Below are positions 58,281 through 64,000 of a stretch of 64,000 nt of DNA, one piece after another. Numbering within the stretch: position 1 is the first letter of the stretch; each line of letters starts with the position of its first letter. The notes under the pieces were generated by a model. The model was not told where the DNA came from. It saw nothing but the letters and a program-made list of their open reading frames with translations, and made no database searches. Source of the DNA: Dehalococcoidia bacterium (lineage in GTDB: Bacteria; Chloroflexota; Dehalococcoidia; UBA6926). The position numbers and the translations under genes were made by a program. The stretch is taken from NCBI GenBank assembly GCA_963666115.2, contig CAXXET010000007.1, positions 96,001 to 160,000 of the forward strand, written 5' to 3'.

Positions 58281-59189
58281 TCACTGCGTCGCCCGGCCTC
58301 TCCCCGTCCCACCCCCCACCATATCCGCCACGGATGCCCCCAATGCGTCCGCTATCCGGGACAGCGCCCCGAACGATAGATTCTGCCTCCCGTTCTCAAC
58401 CAGGCTGATGTAGGTTCGATCCAGACCGCACGCCTCCGCCAGTTCCCTCTGGGTCATCCTCCGACGCGAGCGCATCGCGCTGATGGTCGACCCAAGCGCG
58501 CCGAGCTGCTGCTCCAAGCTCGGCTTGACGCTCCCAAGCCCCACAAGCCGCCGGCCCTCACTGACCGCCTCAGGAGCGGCGTGCGCTATCGCGTCGCAGC
58601 CCAGAGATGCCGCCGTCACGCTCTGCCCCGCCAAAGCCTGCCCGCCGAGGATGATCCGGGGCGCCGAATCTCCCAACGCTCGAATCTCATTGGACGCCCG
58701 CGTCACGCGCGGCAGGGAACCCGGTAGCGTGGCAGACAGCGCGACCAAATCGGCAGCGCGGTCCCGCGCGAAGCGCGCCAGATCCTCGCCCGGCGTCCCC
58801 ACCCCCAGGAAGTCCACGTCCCACCCGTCCATCGCAAAGAACTCCGCCACGAAACGCGCCCCGATGCTGTGCGGATCTCCCTCCGGCGGCGTCACCACAA
58901 CCCGCAGCCCATTGCCGGGGCCTGGCGTCCGCCTCCGGCTCAGCGCGTCCAGCACGCCGAGGGTGATCGTCGTCGCCAGGTGCTCCTGCGCAACGTTGAG
59001 CAGTCCGCTCCGCCACCGTTCGCCAATCCTGGCCTGTGAGGGCGCAAGCACGTCCAGGCAGATGGCCGCAGCGCCCGCCCCCCCGCTCAGGGCGTGGTCG
59101 ATCACCGAGTGCGCCAGCGCGGCCTGCCCGGCCACCAGGGCATCCAGGTATCTCTCCCGGGCCTCCGACAACTGCGTGTGCCCTTCCAC
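58281..59189 (-). CDS. Cobalamin-binding (CarH-type) domain fused to a C-terminal XRE HTH
   Basis: GERW-x9-EH, EGDPHSIG, LG..TP, VALS and IILGG, then MTQRELA..CGLDRTYIS.VENG.QN. Confidence 0.85.
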   Translation of the reverse strand: MEGHTQLSEARERYLDALVAGQAALAHSVIDHALSGGAGAAAICLDVLAPSQARIGERWRSGLLNVAQEHLATTITLGVLDALSRRRTPGPGNGLRVVVTPPEGDPHSIGARFVAEFFAMDGWDVDFLGVGTPGEDLARFARDRAADLVALSATLPGSLPRVTRASNEIRALGDSAPRIILGGQALAGQSVTAASLGCDAIAHAAPEAVSEGRRLVGLGSVKPSLEQQLGALGSTISAMRSRRRMTQRELAEACGLDRTYISLVENGRQNLSFGALSRIADALGASVADMVGGGTGRGRATQ

Positions 59190-59215
59190 TGCCCCTCACC
59201 CTTGCCAATCGGCTG

Positions 59216-59240
59216 ATGTCGTGTATATTATACATGATAT
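59216..59240. promoter_or_regulatory. AT-rich palindromic operator overlapping a TATAAT -10 box (minus strand)
   Basis: ATGTCGTGTATA-T-TATACATGATAT with a perfect core TGTATA-T-TATACA. Confidence 0.6.
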
Positions 59241-59505
59241 GAGGGATTGAGTGAGTCTTACTCGACTCCTGGAGCGTTGTTATCTAGTCCAGGCGCCAGT
59301 CGCCTGAACCGGGGCGGCCCTTCTCCTCCTCCTTTGCGAATCCCGTTCGTTTCCCCCCACCGCATGAATCGAACCGGGTCGCGAGGGACGGGCCGCCCCA
59401 TCTCTCCCCCGCCTTCCTCCCCAACCCATCCCGCCCCGCGCTTGCTACAATAGCCCCATCGGTTGGGGGTAGAGTGACACGCCACGGGGCAGGAGGGACT
59501 GGGAC

Positions 59506-60348
59506 ATGACCGCCACGCAAGTTCAGGAAAAGCACGTCACCGTCAACGGGGTGAAGCTCCGCTATTTCGACTACGGCAATGAGGGCGCGATGCCCATGGT
59601 CTGCCTGCACGGCCACACCGGACAGGCACATATTTGGGACGAGTTCGCGGAGGCCATGGCGCCAAACTTCCACGTCGTCGCCGTCGATCAGCGCGGACAC
59701 GGCGGCAGCGAGCACGCCTCCACCGGCTACGCGCGTGACCGCTTCGTCGAGGATTTGGATGAGCTGGTCGTCGCGCTGGGCTTTAATCGATTCGTACTGG
59801 TCGGCCTCTCCATGGGCGGCTGGCACTCCCTGCTCTACACGGGCGAGAAGCATCCCGAGAAGGTGGAGCGCATCGTCATCGTTGACATCGGGCCGGAGCC
59901 CAGCGAGCGGTCAAAGGTGGAGTGGGGCGACCGCCCCCCGACGCCAATGTCCTTCGCCAGCGTCGATGAGGCCTTCGCGTGGGCCCGCGAGGGCAACCCC
60001 TGGGCGGCCGGGGCGCGGCTCCGCAAGGACATCGAGGATAAGGTGAAGCAGACGCCGGACGGGTCATGGACGTGGAAGGCGGACGCCGCCCTGTTCAACG
60101 TCCCCCTCGCGGACGGCACGGATGAGACCCTGATCAACCGCTACTGGAAGGCGATTGAGACCATTGAGCAGCCGATCCTGGAGGTTCGCGGGCTGGAAAG
60201 CCCCCTGATCGACGACCTGATCAAGGACAAAATGCTCGCCGCAGCCAAAAACATGTCCTGGGTGGACGTCCCAAACGCAGGCCACGTCGTCACGGTGGAC
60301 AAGCCACAGGAGTTCATCGCCGCCACCCGAGAGTTTTTGGGGGTCTAG
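59506..60348 (+). CDS. Alpha/beta hydrolase
   Basis: LHG, DQRGHG.S, GLSMGG, VDIGP and AGHVV; upstream TGcTACAAT and AGGAGG. Confidence 0.9.
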   Translation: MTATQVQEKHVTVNGVKLRYFDYGNEGAMPMVCLHGHTGQAHIWDEFAEAMAPNFHVVAVDQRGHGGSEHASTGYARDRFVEDLDELVVALGFNRFVLVGLSMGGWHSLLYTGEKHPEKVERIVIVDIGPEPSERSKVEWGDRPPTPMSFASVDEAFAWAREGNPWAAGARLRKDIEDKVKQTPDGSWTWKADAALFNVPLADGTDETLINRYWKAIETIEQPILEVRGLESPLIDDLIKDKMLAAAKNMSWVDVPNAGHVVTVDKPQEFIAATREFLGV

Positions 60349-61617
60349 CTACCCACCCGCCACCCCATCCAGCGCCTCCCGCCACTCGCGGGTAGACAGG
60401 CCGTTAGGGTATCCCTTCCGGTACGTGATGACACCGTTGCCGTTGATGACGACTGCAGACGCGTGAGTATTGATGCCGTATTCATTCGATAAATGCACAT
60501 CGAACGCCGCCATGCCCCAGGGATACCCCTGTCTCTCGGCGTATCGGCGGATACTGCTCTCATCATCGATCGGACTGGCAGCGATGGCGAGAACGGCAAC
60601 CCGGTCCGAGTAATCTCCGTATAGATCCTTGAGGCTCTGCAAATCAGAGCGACATACCGGTCAAGTGCTTGAGAAGAAGTACAAAACGACGGGCTGGTTG
60701 GCCTGCTTGAAGTCCGTCAGCGAGCGGGTTACGCCATTCGTCGTCGTCACCGTGAAGTCCGGCGCGGACTGCCCCACACGGTTGCCAACGGGCGGAGCGG
60801 GTTGGGCGGGCGGCTGGGTGGGCGGGATGGGCACAGGCGTGTCCGTAGGCTGCGTTGACGGCGTTGTGCCTGACAGCGTGGGAGGCGTCGGTTCGGCGGT
60901 TCCGGGCAGCAACGCAGGCGGAGCGACGGTTGGTGGCGTGAGCGTCGGCGGCGCTTGGGGGGTCCCCGTCACGGTCGCATTGGTATCCGGCTGCGAGGCG
61001 CTTGTATCGACCTGCGTGCCTGTCAACGGGAGCGTCGTCACCGCGTCAAGCGCCTCCCGCCACTGCTCAGCATTGTGGCTTCTCCCCGCCGCCCGGAACG
61101 TGATGACGCCATCGCCGTCGATGATGACCTTGGAGGGCTGGCGGATGACGCCAAAGGCCGTCTGCACGTCTCCGTGATAAATTGCCATTTCCCAGGGGTA
61201 TCCCTGTTGTGCGGCATATCTGTCTATCGTTTCCGCAGTCTCGTCCGGGTCGACGTCAACCGCGATGAACGCCACCTCATCCTGGTAGTCGGGGTAAACA
61301 CTCTTGGCAGTCTGCAACTCAGACCGGCATGACGGTCACCAGCTTGCGAAGAAATAGACGACGACAGGCTGGTTCGCCTGCTTGAAATCCGTCAACGACC
61401 GCGTCACGCCGGATGTGGTCGTCACGGAGAAGTCCGGCGCGAGATCGCCGACACGGTTGCCGACCTCCGGCGCGGCCTCCGCCGGCGTCCCGTTTTCCGG
61501 TGAGGTTGGTGCCGTCTCCTCCGTGCCCGTGCCGCACGCGGCGGCCAGCATCATCAGCGCCGCAACCAGCAGCGCGCCAACCAGGACGCCCGCCCACATG
61601 TGCAGTCGTATGCTCAC
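60349..61617 (-). CDS. Tandem two-domain TlpA/AhpC-TSA redoxin lipoprotein with two selenocysteines
   Basis: Three in-frame ORFs (61336-61617, 60661-61317, 60349-60642) are joined by TGA codons, giving FASW-U-PSC and FSST-U-PVC; lipobox AAAC and duplicated APDF motifs. Confidence 0.88.
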
Positions 61618-61636
61618 AAGTCGCCTTCCTCCGCGT

Positions 61637-63247
61637 TCATGGCGGCGAGCCAGCCAATCCCCACCCGCCCCCGCCCGGCGTCTCTATCGTAAGCCTGTCC
61701 CCCGCCCCAACGGTAGCCGTCACCGTCGCCGGTAGTTCTTCATCATCGTCTCCACCGATTCTGCGCAGCGTATTCCGGCCCGGCGCGCCGTCCGCCCCTC
61801 CCGCCAAACCCCACGCCCCGCGCGAACGCCTCTCCGTCAGCAGGGATACCGTCGCGTCGCCCAAAAACTCCACCGTCCGCACAAGGCCGTCGCCGCCCCG
61901 GAACCGCCCCGCCCCGCCGGAGCCGCGCCGCACCCCGTACTCCAGCACGCGGAATGGGTACTGGTACTCCAGCGCCTCGATTGGCGTATTGAGCGTATTC
62001 GTCATATGGCTGTGGATGGCCGACTCGCCGGGCCCGTCGGGGCTCGCGCCGACTCCCCCCGCGAGCGTCTCGTAATATGCGAAGGGCTGGCCGGTGCGCG
62101 GGTCCGTGCCGCCGATGGTCACGTTGTTCATCGTCCCCTGGCTTGCGGCCGGGATTTTGTCGGGCAGAACGTCTGCGAGCGCCCCAAACACGACGTCAAC
62201 TATCCGCTGCGATGTCTCCACGTTGCCCGCCGCGACGGCGCGCGGCGGGCGCGGATTGACCAGCGATCCCTCCGGCGTGATGACCTCCACGGACGCGAAC
62301 GAGCCCTGGTTCGCCGGAGCGCGCGGCCCGGCCAGGCAGCGCACGCAATACTGAACCGACGAGACGGTAACGGCACGCACCGCGTTGTTATTGCTCAGCG
62401 GCTGTTCCGGCGACGTGCCCGTGAAATCCACACTGAGCGAACCGTCGCCGTCGCTCGTGATGGTCACGGCGATGCGGGGACGCTCCCCGCCGCTCGTGGG
62501 TGGCTCCATATCGTCCGAGAACGCATACTCGCCCGACGGTATCTCGCGCAGCGCGGCCCGCACCAAACGCTCGGCGTACTCGATCAGCGCGTCGCCGTGC
62601 TCTGTCACCGCCTGCCAGCCATACCGCCTGATCAGCGACTCGTAGCGCCCCTCGCCAATGCGGTTGGCGGCGATCTGCGCCGCAAGGTCGCCCCGCCGCT
62701 CCTCCGGGGTCCGCACGTTCCGCATGAACAACTCAACGGCCTCGTCGTTGAGCACGCCTGCTTTGGCAAGCCTGATCGGCGGGATGATGAACCCCTCCTG
62801 GTAGATGGACGTTGACGCGGGCATCGAACCGGGGGCCATGCCCCCCACGTCCGCGTGGTGCGCCCGCGACGCCACGAAGCCCGCCAACTCCCCAGCATCC
62901 CCGTCATCAATGCCATCGGGAATGAACACAGGCGAGATCAAAGTCAAATCCGGCAGGTGCGTGCCGCCGAGATACGGATCGTTTAGCGCGATCAGATCGC
63001 CCGGCTCAAAAATGTCGAACCGCTCGATAGCGGCCTGCACCGACGCCGGCATCGCGCCCAGGTGGACGGGGATATGCTCCGCCTGCGCTAGGATGCGCCC
63101 CGTGGAATCAAAGACGGCGCAGGAAAAATCACGCCGCTCCTTGATGTTCGGCGACCACGCCGTCCGCCCCAGCGCCGCCCCCATCTCCTCCGCGATGGCC
63201 GCGAATAACCGCCGAAACACCTCCAGCGAGATGGCGTCAACGCTCAT
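61637..63247 (-). CDS. Hydantoinase B/5-oxoprolinase family subunit
   Basis: SPNIKERRDFSC, HIPVHLG, NDPYLGGTHLPD, HHADVGG, TNTLNTPIE and TPGGGGWG. Confidence 0.95.
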   Translation of the reverse strand: MSVDAISLEVFRRLFAAIAEEMGAALGRTAWSPNIKERRDFSCAVFDSTGRILAQAEHIPVHLGAMPASVQAAIERFDIFEPGDLIALNDPYLGGTHLPDLTLISPVFIPDGIDDGDAGELAGFVASRAHHADVGGMAPGSMPASTSIYQEGFIIPPIRLAKAGVLNDEAVELFMRNVRTPEERRGDLAAQIAANRIGEGRYESLIRRYGWQAVTEHGDALIEYAERLVRAALREIPSGEYAFSDDMEPPTSGGERPRIAVTITSDGDGSLSVDFTGTSPEQPLSNNNAVRAVTVSSVQYCVRCLAGPRAPANQGSFASVEVITPEGSLVNPRPPRAVAAGNVETSQRIVDVVFGALADVLPDKIPAASQGTMNNVTIGGTDPRTGQPFAYYETLAGGVGASPDGPGESAIHSHMTNTLNTPIEALEYQYPFRVLEYGVRRGSGGAGRFRGGDGLVRTVEFLGDATVSLLTERRSRGAWGLAGGADGAPGRNTLRRIGGDDDEELPATVTATVGAGDRLTIETPGGGGWGLAGSPP

Positions 63248-64000
63248 GCGGACGACCTTTCGAGAATGAGGTTCAGGCGCTCATCCACACGGCCAACCCA
63301 CCCCGGCGGCACATACGTGGTGCAGTCTGTCTGCGTAAGCACGGCAGGGCCGGCGATGCGGTTGCCCGCCATCAGCGCGTCGCGGTCATAGAGCGGCGCG
63401 GCGGTCTCTCCCGTGTCCGTCGTCAGCGTCGTCTCGCCAAGTCGTGCATGGCTCGCGTCCGGCCCGCCCTCCCCGTTCGCAACAGCGAACTCAGGGCGGC
63501 GCGCGGGTATGGTCGCGCGCAGCCGCAGCGTGACGACCTCCGTCGGCCAATCGGGATGGCTATGGTCGAAACGACGCTGGTGGGCGGCGTGAAAGCGTTC
63601 CTCCAGCGTCAGGCCGTCACCGCCGCCTGCCGGGATGGACAACTCGTACCCCTGCCCCTTGTACCGCACGTCCGCGAACGCCGCAAAGCGCGAGCTGGAA
63701 GCGTGTAGGCCGTCTGCGCCCATATCGAGCCGCGCGTCCGTTTCCATCCGCCCCAGCATCCGCCACACATTCGTCACCGTCGCGTACTCCATGTCCCACA
63801 TAACGGTGCGCGAGAAATCGCGGGTCACATCGATGTTCAGCATCCCCCACGCCGACAGCGCGCCCGGCAGGCGCGGTATCAGCACGCTGCGAATGCCAAG
63901 CCCGTCCGCGAGTTCGCAAGCGTGGAGCGGCCCCGCCCCGCCGAACGCCACCAGGGTGAAATCGCGCGGGTCGTGTCCCCGCTCCAGCGAGACTACCCGC
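63244..64000 (-). CDS. Hydantoinase A/oxoprolinase family subunit, C-terminal part (5' end outside window)
   Basis: G.DPRDF.LVAFGGAGPLHA, LSAWG, RY.GQ..EL and GPA. Confidence 0.92.
   Translation of the reverse strand, partial: RVVSLERGHDPRDFTLVAFGGAGPLHACELADGLGIRSVLIPRLPGALSAWGMLNIDVTRDFSRTVMWDMEYATVTNVWRMLGRMETDARLDMGADGLHASSSRFAAFADVRYKGQGYELSIPAGGGDGLTLEERFHAAHQRRFDHSHPDWPTEVVTLRLRATIPARRPEFAVANGEGGPDASHARLGETTLTTDTGETAAPLYDRDALMAGNRIAGPAVLTQTDCTTYVPPGWVGRVDERLNLILERSSA

Noticed and set aside
59241-59400. Cobalamin riboswitch, SRP or 6S RNA upstream of the B12-binding regulator
   Set aside because: I could not find the B12-box or SRP conserved motifs by eye, so it is kept only as an unnamed structured element.
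56649-61338. TGA reassigned genome-wide to Trp or Gly
   Set aside because: TGA ends many genes normally (ROK, dppF, rel, rpsT), Trp is encoded by TGG, and read-through is needed only at CxxC positions.

Overview
A 64-kb GC-rich bacterial chromosomal segment. Gene content suggests Chloroflexota, class Dehalococcoidia (SAR202-like) and possibly a sponge symbiont; this is an inference from the plant-type LRR lipoprotein, clan-AA aspartic proteases, paralogous flavin oxidoreductases and CaiB/hydantoinase genes. The backbone is housekeeping: an rluD-like gene, gltX, recQ, mutY, uvrA, msrA/msrB, rel, rpsT and six tRNAs (Asp, Trp, Leu x2, Cys, Val), plus an archaeal-type Dpp/Opp ABC system. Accessory or defence insertions lie at about 33.6-35.3 kb and 40.0-44.2 kb, both flanked by REP-like palindromes. 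Many unrelated genes carry single-base frameshifts, which looks like long-read indel error rather than biology. The main points of interest are as follows. (1) Two selenoprotein genes are hidden by in-frame TGA codons: a DUF3179 lipoprotein and a tandem-duplicated redoxin lipoprotein with two Sec (UxxC) sites whose SECIS-like hairpins covary. (2) Two unrelated adjacent surface proteins share a GGC-x7-D-TM-RRR C-terminal tail, a candidate new protein-sorting signal. (3) There is an unannotated promoter-SD-24-codon transcription unit. (4) A B12-binding/XRE regulator sits next to a palindromic operator and a structured intergenic element. (5) There are unusual defence architectures: McrB-N-like plus HNH, SeqA-N-like plus Mrr-N, and MTase-REase-NYN. 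(6) Strand-asymmetric composition patches occur near repeats and insertion sites. All family calls come from motif recognition; no database search was run.
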